A DNA stretch of 28,070 nucleotides from Arcobacter sp. (lineage in GTDB: Bacteria; Campylobacterota; Campylobacteria; Campylobacterales; Arcobacteraceae), in NCBI GenBank assembly GCA_965662175.1, contig CBFIGT010000019.1, positions 1 to 28,070 of the forward strand. The letters run 5' to 3'. Position 1 is the first letter of the stretch. Every line of letters begins with the position of its first letter. Position numbers and translations under genes: made by a program. The notes under the pieces are model-generated. The model saw only the letters and a list, made by a program, of their open reading frames with translations, did not search any database and was not told where the DNA came from. Shown one piece after another: positions 1 to 8,234 of the stretch.

Positions 1-111
1 CATTAAATCAGATGTAGCTAAAATAGCTGTAATTGATATTGAAGCAAATCCCAACTGAGATAAAAGCATATTTACAAATATTCTTTTTTTTGTACTCATA
101 TTTTTAAACAT
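1..111 (-). CDS. 5' part of a membrane protein running off the left edge (possibly a chemoreceptor/sensor)
   Basis: Read manually: ATG at 111 preceded by GGAG (117-120). Open frame MFKNMSTKKRIFVNMLLSQLGFASISITAILATSDLM with a basic N-terminus and then a hydrophobic stretch. Function is a guess. Confidence 0.7.
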   Translation of the reverse strand, partial: MFKNMSTKKRIFVNMLLSQLGFASISITAILATSDLM

Positions 112-212
112 ATGAACTCCTTGATTTTATAACATTATTTTTTTAACTAATTTAATAAAATAATCTAAATAATAGCATATTATATTTAAAATAACTAATT
201 TAAAACTACCTT

Positions 213-1478
213 TTAGAGTTCAATTGCGCTTTTAATAATATCAATTCCATACTTATTTCTTAAATTATTCAAAGATTTACAAAATTCAGACTCTTTTTTA
301 TCTAATTGATACTCAAATAGATCAAAACTATGTTGATTGTTTTCCAAAAAATTTGAAACTGTTAAATTGATTTGAATAATATTATGGCTTGGATGAATAT
401 CAATTTTCCTAAAAAGCTCTAAAATCTCTTTTTTAAAATAATTCTCACTAAAAACCCTATTTGTATTTAAATAATTTTTTGACTTTATTCTATATTCATA
501 TCTAATTTTTAAAAAAAATGTTTGAGGTGTGACATTTTGCTTATAAACTAAAAATGAAATATATCTACATAAAATCAAAACTCTTCTTTTTATCTCATCT
601 CTATCTTGAATTGGGTCAAATGTTCTTCCAATTCCAATAGATTTTTTACCAGCTCTTTTGACTATTTTTTCATTATCAATTCCTAAAACCCTATTATAAA
701 GCTGAATTCCAGGTTTTTTCCAAGAGTATAATAACTCTTTTTTATCTCTAATTTGTCCAAGTCTTCTAATACCATGTACTAATAATCTTTTTTCATAACC
801 CTTTCCAATACCAGGAAAAGAGGAGATTGGTTTATCTTTTATATAATTATAAACCTCATCTTTTTTAATCTCTTTTATTCCATCAGGCTTAGAGTCTGTT
901 GTTGCTAATTTTGCTATCCATTTTGTATTTGCAATTCCAATGGAGATAGGCAAAGCAAATTTTTCTTTAACTTCATTTTTCAACTCATTTGCAAAAGCTA
1001 TCATATCTTTGTCTTCTATCCAACCGGTTAAATCTATAAAAAATTCATCAATACTAAACTGCTCAACATAAGGAGTTTTTGTATAAAGATATTTATTTAA
1101 CTTCTCTGAAAGTTCATGATAAAGTGTATAATTAGGAGGTATCATTATAAGATGTGGACATAAATCTAAAGCTTCTCTTACACTCATAGCTGTTTTAATA
1201 CCATATCTTCTAGCCTCATATGAAGCTGTTGTTCTAATACCTCTTACTCTTCCATCCTTATCTTTAAAATACTCACTTGAAGAGAGTTCATTTTTAGATA
1301 AAATTGAGCTTACAAAGGCTCCATTGTTAGAACTAATTTGATTTGAGATTTTTTTCTTTTGGTCAAATATTGATAAGTTACTTCTTCCTCCAACCGCAAC
1401 TGCTTTATTTAACAATCTCTTATCTAAAATTCTATGTGCTGATACAAAAAATGAATCTATGTCTAAATGTATAATCAT
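213..1478 (-). CDS. dinB: DNA polymerase IV (Y-family, DinB)
   Basis: Y-family motifs HLDIDSFF, ASYEARRYGIKTAM, SIDE, SIGIANTKWIAKLA, KPDG and PGIG. C-terminal little-finger region (KSIGIGRTF). Confidence 0.95.
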   Translation of the reverse strand: MIIHLDIDSFFVSAHRILDKRLLNKAVAVGGRSNLSIFDQKKKISNQISSNNGAFVSSILSKNELSSSEYFKDKDGRVRGIRTTASYEARRYGIKTAMSVREALDLCPHLIMIPPNYTLYHELSEKLNKYLYTKTPYVEQFSIDEFFIDLTGWIEDKDMIAFANELKNEVKEKFALPISIGIANTKWIAKLATTDSKPDGIKEIKKDEVYNYIKDKPISSFPGIGKGYEKRLLVHGIRRLGQIRDKKELLYSWKKPGIQLYNRVLGIDNEKIVKRAGKKSIGIGRTFDPIQDRDEIKRRVLILCRYISFLVYKQNVTPQTFFLKIRYEYRIKSKNYLNTNRVFSENYFKKEILELFRKIDIHPSHNIIQINLTVSNFLENNQHSFDLFEYQLDKKESEFCKSLNNLRNKYGIDIIKSAIEL

Positions 1479-1485
1479 AAAAAAG

Positions 1486-1494
1486 ATTATAGCA
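1486..1494 (-). promoter_or_regulatory. extended -10 (TGcTATAAT) of dinB, probably leaderless
   Basis: Minus strand reads TGCTATAAT-cTTTTTT-ATG: 7 nt between the -10 and the start codon, with no Shine-Dalgarno. Confidence 0.7.
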
Positions 1495-1495
1495 T

Positions 1496-1536
1496 AAATA
1501 TTACATATTGCAATATTATTTCATATTGTAATATTT
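1496..1536. repeat. cluster of ATATTG(C/T)AATAT palindromic boxes, candidate operator
   Basis: CATATTGCAATATT (1504-1517) and CATATTGTAATATT (1522-1535) are direct repeats. 1505-1516 is a perfect palindrome. AAATATTACA (1496-1505) and TGTAATATTT (1527-1536) form an inverted repeat. Confidence 0.55.
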
Positions 1537-1563
1537 GACAATAAGATTTTATTTTTGTATATT
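1535..1563 (+). promoter_or_regulatory. sigma70-type promoter for the small zinc-ribbon gene
   Basis: TTGACA (1535-1540), 17 bp spacer, TATATT (1558-1563), followed by SD AAAGGA (1575-1580). Confidence 0.65.
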
Positions 1564-1586
1564 TCTATTTTTAAAAAGGATTTATC

Positions 1587-1751
1587 ATAGACCCATGTAG
1601 AATGTGCAAACGTGAAGTTGAAACAAATATAAAAAGATGCCCATACTGTGGAACACTAAATCCAACAGTAAAATTAAAAGAGATTTTTAAAGGTATTTTT
1701 TTAGTAATAGCTGTAATGAGTGTTGTAACTTATTTTATGAATTTATCTTAA
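1587..1751 (+). CDS. small zinc-ribbon membrane protein (54 aa), apparent ATA start
   Basis: Not in ORF track. (M)DPCRMCKREVETNIKRCPYCGTLNPTVKLKEIFKGIFLVIAVMSVVTYFMNLS*, with CxxC-x10-CPxCG and a C-terminal TM helix. SD AAAGGA lies 6 nt before ATA(1587). The next ATG is at 1602. Confidence 0.8.
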   Translation: MDPCRMCKREVETNIKRCPYCGTLNPTVKLKEIFKGIFLVIAVMSVVTYFMNLS

Positions 1752-2267
1752 AAATTTCCCTAAAATAAGTCCAATACCTAATCCTATAAAGTGAGCATAC
1801 CAAGCAATTGGAAGTCCTATAAGTAGTGGTGCAACTGAGATTATCAAAACCCAAGTGATTATTCCCTTTCTTTGGCTTTTATCTACAAAGGCAACATAGC
1901 CTAAAAGTACACATAAAGCTCCAGATGCTCCTACTAAATTGTGATATAAACCAATAGAATAAATAAATGCAAATGAGAAAACAGAGGTCAATAATCCACC
2001 TACAAAATATAGTATCAAAAAGGTTTTTGCTCCTCTATATTTTTCAATCAAATTACCAAACTGAAAAAGAACAAACATATTCATCAAAAGATGCCCTATT
2101 CCACCATGAGCAAACATTGTTGAAAGGGGTTGATACCATAAACCCTCCAAAAAGAATACATTTAATCCTAAATATAAAGAGCCATTTTCTATTGATGTTT
2201 GGATTAAATACATTATTACTGTAATACCAATTATTACATTTGTAAAAGTTAAGTTTTTATTTTGCAT
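1743..2267 (-). CDS. rhomboid-family intramembrane serine protease
   Basis: H-x4-H-x2-(M)N (FAHGGIGHLLMN), catalytic GASG, TM6 AH-x2-G (YAHFIG). Multiple TM helices. Confidence 0.92.
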   Translation of the reverse strand: MQNKNLTFTNVIIGITVIMYLIQTSIENGSLYLGLNVFFLEGLWYQPLSTMFAHGGIGHLLMNMFVLFQFGNLIEKYRGAKTFLILYFVGGLLTSVFSFAFIYSIGLYHNLVGASGALCVLLGYVAFVDKSQRKGIITWVLIISVAPLLIGLPIAWYAHFIGLGIGLILGKFLR

Positions 2268-2835
2268 TTTCTTTAAAAGCCTTTATTGTACACTCTATTC
2301 TATTTTTTATATCATTTTTATCATACTCTAAAAAGTTTGTATTCATCATAAAAAGTTCTTTTCCATTTAATCTTATGGAAGTTAATAAATTTCCAGCAAA
2401 GTTTTTCTCTTCAAGACTCTTTTTTCTAGGGTCATTTTTATCATTTTCAATGATTTCATATTTTATGGTGAGATATTTTACTGGATTTTCTTTTGCTTTG
2501 TAGTTTAAAGAGTCTATAAAAAAACTATTTGCTTCTTGGATTGTAATTTTATCTTTTAGATAAAACTTACCAAATCTAGGTTTTATAAAAGCTCCATCTA
2601 AGATATACAAACCATTTTCTAAATAGTAGTTTGCATCTTTCATAAGCTCTAAAGAGGAGATTTTATCAATAGTTTTTGTGATATTTTGGCACTCTAAACC
2701 TGTATTAACTCTAGGTTTTTCCTCTTTTTTAGGTCCAAACTTTGAGTATAAAATCAAAACTATTGAAATCATAATAATCGAGGCCAAAGTAAAGAAGTTA
2801 TTTACTATTAAACTATCTCTTCTTTGGCGTGCCAT
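2257..2835 (-). CDS. hypothetical protein with single N-terminal TM anchor
   Basis: 192-aa ORF tightly coupled to lon (3 nt gap) and to the rhomboid (overlap). Hydrophobic segment at about aa 10-30. Confidence 0.8.
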   Translation of the reverse strand: MARQRRDSLIVNNFFTLASIIMISIVLILYSKFGPKKEEKPRVNTGLECQNITKTIDKISSLELMKDANYYLENGLYILDGAFIKPRFGKFYLKDKITIQEANSFFIDSLNYKAKENPVKYLTIKYEIIENDKNDPRKKSLEEKNFAGNLLTSIRLNGKELFMMNTNFLEYDKNDIKNRIECTIKAFKENAK

Positions 2836-2838
2836 TTA

Positions 2839-5259
2839 TTAAACTAATCCCTCTTTTAAAACATCTTCTATTCTATCAACTGCAATTATCTCTAAAGATT
2901 TTCTAACCTCTAAAGGAATATCTTCTAAATCTCTTTCATAATTTTTTCTAGGAATTAAAGCTTTTTTCATTTTTGCTTTAAATGCTGCTATTAATTTCTC
3001 TTTTAATCCACCAATTGGTAAAACTTTTCCTGATAAAGTTAATTCACCTGTCATACAAATATCAGATTTAATCTCTCTTTCACTTAATATTGAAGCAATA
3101 GTTAAAGCCATAGTAATACCTGCACTTGGTCCATCTTTTGGAGTTGCACCCTCAGGAATATGTAAATGAATATCAAATCTTTTATAAACTTCACTAGCAT
3201 CAACTAAAATATTTTCCTCTTTCTCTTTTGGAGTTTTTGGAATAATATTTTTATCTATTTTGATTTTACCCTCATCAATTAATACTTTTACAACTGAGTA
3301 TGAAATTCTAGATGACTCTTTCATAACATCACCTAAGTTTCCTGTTACTACTAAACCACCTTTTCCTTTTAGTTTAATTGCTTCAGATTTTAAAACATCC
3401 CCACCAACTGCTGTCCAAGCTAATCCATTTGCAACACCAATTGAGTTTTTCTTATCAGCTGGGTCTATTTCAAAAATAGGATTATCTAAAAAGTTTTTAA
3501 GATTTTTAGTGTTTATTGCAACACTTGTAATACTCTCATCAGAAACTATTTTTTTAACCGCTTTTCTAAATAGTTTTGCAAAAACTCGTCTAAGGTTTCT
3601 AACCCCTGCTTCCCTTGTATATTTTGCAATAATTGCCTCAATAGTAGCCTTACTTAAAACAACTTCAGTTTTTTTAAGTCCATGTTTTTCCAACTCTTGA
3701 GGTATTAAATAATCTTTTGCAATATGATATTTTTCATTTGGAGTATATGAGCTTATCTCAATAAACTCCATTCTATCTCTAAGTGGTGCAGGAATTCTTC
3801 TAGCATCATTTGCTGTTGATACAAATATTACTTGAGATAAATCTATTGCAAAGTTTAAATATAAATCTCTAAACTCATGATTTTGTTCAGGGTCTAAAAC
3901 CTCTAGCATAACAGCTGTTGGATCACCTCTATGATTAGCTCCTAGTTTATCAATCTCATCTAGTACAATCACAGGATTCATCTTTTTAGCGTCAATTAAA
4001 CCCTTGATTAATCTTCCTGGCATCGCTCCAACATAAGTTCTTCTATGTCCTCTTAGTTCATTCACATCTTCCATTCCACCTAAAGCTACTCTTATAAGTG
4101 GTCTTTTTAAAGCTTGTGAAATAGAGTTTGCTAAAGATGTTTTACCAACACCTGGAGGTCCTACAAAACATAAAACAGTTCCACGTGATTTTAGATTTTC
4201 CACTTTTCTTTGCTCTAAAAGTTGCTTAACAGCAAAATACTCTGATATTCTCTCTTTTGCTTTTTCTAGGGAATAATGGTCTTTGTTTAACTGCTTTTCA
4301 ACAGCATCAACTGAAATCTTTTCATCAGCATATTGTCCAAAAGGTATATCTAATACTTGCTCAATATAGGTTTGTAAAAGTGATGCATCAGGTGAATCTT
4401 GGTGCATTCTTGAAAGCTTATCTATTTGTTTTTTTGTCTCTTTATATCCATCTTTTGGCATAAAAGCTTTGAGTTTTTTAAGTCTTTTTTTATAAGCACT
4501 TATCTCTTCTTCTTTTTTATTTCCAGTTCCTAGTTCTTGCTGTATTGCTTTAATTTGCTCTTTTAAGAAATAGTCTTTATGGGTTTTTTCAATTTTTGAG
4601 TTAACTTTTTGAGTTATCTCTTTTTGAATTTTATGACCCTCAATCTCTTTTTGAATATGCTCAATTATAAGTAAAAGTCTAGCTTCAACATCTGTTTGAG
4701 AAAATAGTTTATAAGATTGATTTTTTGATATTTTTAAAACAGATGAGATTAAATCAGCGATTCTAATTGCATCATTATTTTCATCAATAGTTTTAATCAA
4801 ATCAACTGGAAATTTTGTATTTATTTTAGATAATCTTGAAACATTCTCTCTTAATACATTTAGTATAGATGTAACACTTTCAAGTGAATATGGTTTTGAT
4901 TCTAATAACTCAACTCTACAAACAGAGGGATTATCCTCTTTAAACTCAGAGATTCTTCCCTTTGCTAAACCTTGAAAAAGTACCTTAATTTTACCATCAG
5001 GTAAAGATACTTTTCTCATAATATTTCCAATAACTCCAACATCATAGAAGTTATCTTTGTTTCTTTCTTTACTCTCTTGACCCTCTTTGCTAACCGCAAC
5101 AATAACTAATTTATTTTCATTTATTGATTTTTCAACTGCATCTATATTTGCTTTGCTATTTAAAAAAAGTGGTGCAATCATAAATGGGTATAAAAATACC
5201 TCATCTTCTACTATTAATGGTAATTCTTGTGGGAATTCATCATAATTTGTTAAATCCAT
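2839..5259 (-). CDS. lon: ATP-dependent protease La (Lon)
   Basis: LON N-domain, Walker A GPPGVGKTS, Walker B VIVLDEIDK, GHRRTYVGAMPG, catalytic PKDGPSAG and GGLKEK. Confidence 0.98.
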   Translation of the reverse strand: MDLTNYDEFPQELPLIVEDEVFLYPFMIAPLFLNSKANIDAVEKSINENKLVIVAVSKEGQESKERNKDNFYDVGVIGNIMRKVSLPDGKIKVLFQGLAKGRISEFKEDNPSVCRVELLESKPYSLESVTSILNVLRENVSRLSKINTKFPVDLIKTIDENNDAIRIADLISSVLKISKNQSYKLFSQTDVEARLLLIIEHIQKEIEGHKIQKEITQKVNSKIEKTHKDYFLKEQIKAIQQELGTGNKKEEEISAYKKRLKKLKAFMPKDGYKETKKQIDKLSRMHQDSPDASLLQTYIEQVLDIPFGQYADEKISVDAVEKQLNKDHYSLEKAKERISEYFAVKQLLEQRKVENLKSRGTVLCFVGPPGVGKTSLANSISQALKRPLIRVALGGMEDVNELRGHRRTYVGAMPGRLIKGLIDAKKMNPVIVLDEIDKLGANHRGDPTAVMLEVLDPEQNHEFRDLYLNFAIDLSQVIFVSTANDARRIPAPLRDRMEFIEISSYTPNEKYHIAKDYLIPQELEKHGLKKTEVVLSKATIEAIIAKYTREAGVRNLRRVFAKLFRKAVKKIVSDESITSVAINTKNLKNFLDNPIFEIDPADKKNSIGVANGLAWTAVGGDVLKSEAIKLKGKGGLVVTGNLGDVMKESSRISYSVVKVLIDEGKIKIDKNIIPKTPKEKEENILVDASEVYKRFDIHLHIPEGATPKDGPSAGITMALTIASILSEREIKSDICMTGELTLSGKVLPIGGLKEKLIAAFKAKMKKALIPRKNYERDLEDIPLEVRKSLEIIAVDRIEDVLKEGLV

Positions 5260-5291
5260 TAAATATGACTCCTAAAATTTATTATATTTTT

Positions 5292-5963
5292 TTATTCAAA
5301 TAAAGCTCTGTACCAAGGTACCTCTACATCTTTTATCTCTTTTACATCAACCCAGTTTTGTGAAACTTTATTATTATAATACTCTGCTGCTTTTGGCTTA
5401 TCTACTCTTGTATATAAATCAGCTATCTCTTTATCAAAAGAGGCTTTAGCCATTGCAAGTCTTGCATCTATTGTTCCAACTAGTGGCATATATGGTGAAT
5501 TTGGGAATTTAATTCTAAAATCTTCAATCTCTTTTTGAGTATCTGTGATTAAGTTTTGTTCTCTAAACTGAGATGAAAAAGATAGAAAATTTGCTTTGAT
5601 TTTTAGATATCTAATATAATCAATACTCTTACTAACTGCGAACTTTTTCGTATACTCATCTAAATAAAAGTTTGCTAAAGCATACTCCTCTTCATCAATA
5701 TGAGCATTAGCTAATATTTGTAAGGCTGTTGGTAAAAGTGGTGAGTTTTTATGCTCACTCTCTAAAGATATATAAGTATCATCAGCTGCTTCTAAATCTC
5801 CAAAAGCTATCTCTTTTGTGATTTTATTGTACCAATAAATTGCTGGTTGCCCATACTCTTGAGATGCCGCTTTTTTCGAAGAGCAAGAAGTAATTGTAAT
5901 CACTAATCCACCAATAAGTGCTAAGTTCAAACTCTTTTTTAAAATACTATTTAACTTAATCAT
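5292..5963 (-). CDS. bamD: outer membrane protein assembly factor BamD (lipoprotein)
   Basis: Lipobox-like ITSC, TPR-like helices, FPNSPY motif. Lies upstream of lon, as in Campylobacterota. Confidence 0.88.
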   Translation of the reverse strand: MIKLNSILKKSLNLALIGGLVITITSCSSKKAASQEYGQPAIYWYNKITKEIAFGDLEAADDTYISLESEHKNSPLLPTALQILANAHIDEEEYALANFYLDEYTKKFAVSKSIDYIRYLKIKANFLSFSSQFREQNLITDTQKEIEDFRIKFPNSPYMPLVGTIDARLAMAKASFDKEIADLYTRVDKPKAAEYYNNKVSQNWVDVKEIKDVEVPWYRALFE

Positions 5964-6018
5964 TATTATCCTTTATTGTAAAAGAAGCATTTTAGCTAAT
6001 CCAAGCTTAGGAAATATT

Positions 6019-6027
6019 TGCTATAAT
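6019..6027 (+). promoter_or_regulatory. extended -10 promoter of proC operon
   Basis: TGCTATAAT 30 nt upstream of the proC ATG, with an AAAGG SD between them. Confidence 0.6.
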
Positions 6028-6057
6028 TTTTTTAGAAATTTATAAAGGTAAAATATT

Positions 6058-6822
6058 ATGAAAATTACACTAATTGGTAATGGAATGATGGCTAAAGCTT
6101 TAGCAAAAGGTTTAGTTAAAAACTATGAGGTAGAGATTTTAGGTAGAGATGAAGAAAAACTATTAAGATTAAAGAAAGCAATTCCTGAAATCGAAATAAA
6201 AACCTTAAGTGATAAAGAGGACATTACAAATAAAAATATTATTTTTTGTGTTAAACCATATGCACTTCAAAGTGTTGCTGTTAGGCTGGAGGGTAAAGCT
6301 CAACTATTTATCTCAATACTTGCAGGTACAAAAATTGAGAGTCTAAAAAAACATATCTCTTCTAAATTTTATATAAGAACTATGCCAAATGTTGCAGCAT
6401 CAACTTTAAAATCTATGACTACTATTACAGGTGATAATGAGGTTAAAACTATTGCCCTAGAGATTTTTAACTCTATTGGTAAAACATTATGGGTAAATAC
6501 AGAAGCTCAATTAGATATAGCAACAGCAGTTGCTGGAAGTGGTCCTGCATTTTTAGCATTGGTTGCTGAGGGTATTATTGATGGTGCTGTAAAAGCCGGA
6601 CTTGAAAGACATTTAAGTACATATTTAGTTCAAGGGCTTTTTGAAAGTACTGCATCTTTACTTGAGCATAATCATCCAGCTATTATAAAAGATAGTGTTA
6701 CAAGCCCAGGAGGTACAACAGCTGCTGGTTGTGCTGTTTTAGAGGAGAATGCTGTTAGAAGTGCTATGATTAAAGCTATTGAAAAAGCACACAATAAAGC
6801 AATTGAACTCTCAAAAAAATAG
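6058..6822 (+). CDS. proC: pyrroline-5-carboxylate reductase
   Basis: IGNGMMA Rossmann motif, CVKP, ISILAG, RTMPN, AGSGPAF, VTSPGGTT. Confidence 0.97.
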   Translation: MKITLIGNGMMAKALAKGLVKNYEVEILGRDEEKLLRLKKAIPEIEIKTLSDKEDITNKNIIFCVKPYALQSVAVRLEGKAQLFISILAGTKIESLKKHISSKFYIRTMPNVAASTLKSMTTITGDNEVKTIALEIFNSIGKTLWVNTEAQLDIATAVAGSGPAFLALVAEGIIDGAVKAGLERHLSTYLVQGLFESTASLLEHNHPAIIKDSVTSPGGTTAAGCAVLEENAVRSAMIKAIEKAHNKAIELSKK

Positions 6823-7093
6823 TTTTATCTTTTTAGAAACAATAGTTTCATTACTAGTAGTTTCAATTATTGTAACTATCTTTTTAAAGATAAGTTACAA
6901 TAAAACAGATAACAAAACTTTTACTACTATTTTATCTGTTTCAAATAAATTGAAAAAATCTCAGTATGACTCTTTTTTGATTTCAAATAAAACATTAAGT
7001 ATAAAAAAAGATAATATTTTTGAGGAGCTTTTAGTCAAACAAATTTCATATGAAGAAAAAAATATAAAGTTGATAAAATATGAAAACTTCTAA
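6803..7093 (+). CDS. prepilin-like (pseudopilin) protein, positional equivalent of C. jejuni CtsT
   Basis: KNS|FIFLET prepilin-type N-terminus with Glu+5, then a hydrophobic helix. The likely start is TTG 6803 rather than 6779. Directly follows proC. Confidence 0.72.
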   Translation: MNSQKNSFIFLETIVSLLVVSIIVTIFLKISYNKTDNKTFTTILSVSNKLKKSQYDSFLISNKTLSIKKDNIFEELLVKQISYEEKNIKLIKYENF

Positions 7094-7427
7094 AAAATCT
7101 TTTTCATTAATAGAGCTAATAAGTTCAATATTTATAATGTCACTAATTTCTATTTATACTATGCTTTTTTATGAAGAGAGTTTTTCACTTACAAAGCAGC
7201 ATTTTGAAAATGAAAGAATTAAATTAGAGTTTTTGACTACTAAACTTTTTTTGGAAAAAAGAAAAGAGTTTGAAAACTTATCCTTTGAAAACAACAAGCT
7301 ATATTTTGAAAATGCCCTACTTTTAAAAAATATTACAAAATATAATTTTATAGAAAATAGCACTTATGCAGAGTTTAATATTTGTATAAAAAACTCTTTA
7401 TGCCAAGAAATAGTAGTTTTAAAATGA
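7080..7427 (+). CDS. prepilin-type N-terminal cleavage/methylation domain protein
   Basis: KKS|FSLIELIS class III signal motif. Overlaps the previous gene. Confidence 0.82.
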   Translation: MKTSKKSFSLIELISSIFIMSLISIYTMLFYEESFSLTKQHFENERIKLEFLTTKLFLEKRKEFENLSFENNKLYFENALLLKNITKYNFIENSTYAEFNICIKNSLCQEIVVLK

Positions 7428-7786
7428 AAAAATCATTTTCTCTTTTAATTACCCTAATTCTTATCTTAGCTTTTTCTATTTTGGGAGTTTTTGTAATTGA
7501 AACAAAATCTTTGGCTATTGAAAATAATAGTAATTTATACTTACAATCCCAAAGTAAACTTCATTTAGATTTTTTTAAATCATATATAAAAACTCTTGAT
7601 TTAAAAAAAGAGTGTCTTGAAAATATAGAGATAAATGATGATATTTATAGATTAAAAGCTAGATTAGAGTATGAAAACTCTTGTTTAAAAAGTGAATCAA
7701 ATATAGTTTTTGTTGATATTTTTATTAACTCTAAAACTAAACTCAATGAAGTAAATCTTCATGAAAGATTTACTTTAGAGATTTAA
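7424..7786 (+). CDS. minor pseudopilin-like protein (GspK/PilX-like, no Glu+5)
   Basis: MKKS|FSLLITLILIL. The likely start is ATG 7424, in an ATGA overlap with the upstream stop. Confidence 0.72.
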   Translation: MKKSFSLLITLILILAFSILGVFVIETKSLAIENNSNLYLQSQSKLHLDFFKSYIKTLDLKKECLENIEINDDIYRLKARLEYENSCLKSESNIVFVDIFINSKTKLNEVNLHERFTLEI

Positions 7787-7824
7787 TTTACATAAAGGTA
7801 CCACTTCAAATTAAATCATTTACA

Positions 7825-8141
7825 TCATCTCACACTCAACCCCTCATCCATATATTGAATTGTTGGATAAATGAAGAACTCTATTACCCTTCTTTTCCTA
7901 CTTTTATTTCAGCTGTTACACTCATACCTGTTTCTAAGTATATTTGCTCACCTTCTATAGTAATTTTCTTACCATCTGTAGGAGACACGATAGATTGTTT
8001 TTGATTTTGAAATTTTATTGCATTTATTTGTGATTCTAAGTTTCTTGATTCTTTTTGTATAGTTTGTAGTTATTGGTATTTTGTATCTTTAAATTGATTT
8101 ATAAAAGATAATTTCTCTTTTTTTAGTTCATTAAAACTCAT
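7825..8141 (-). pseudogene. HlyD-family type I secretion membrane fusion protein remnant
   Basis: Manual translation: MSFNELKKEKLSFINQFKDTKYQ*LQTIQKESRNLESQINAIKFQNQKQSIVSPTDG|KKITIEGEQIYLETGMSVTAEIKVGK/RRVIEFFIYPTIQYMDEGLSVR*. HlyD C-terminal signature, internal stop at 8070-8072, frameshift at 7893-7896. Confidence 0.88.
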
Positions 8142-8234
8142 AAAAATATTTACGCCTTTATTTATAATAATTTTAATTATATTAAAAAGTATCATTTATC
8201 AGGTTATATTATATTTTCATTAGTGTTCAAAAGT

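Noticed and set aside
1967..2224. 85-aa + strand ORF
   Set aside because: Antisense shadow within the rhomboid gene with no recognisable motif.
3260..4463. + strand ORFs 3260-3700 and 4257-4463
   Set aside because: Antisense to lon, with composition typical of shadow frames.
7169..7363. 64-aa - strand ORF
   Set aside because: Antisense to a prepilin-like gene. F/S/K-rich shadow.
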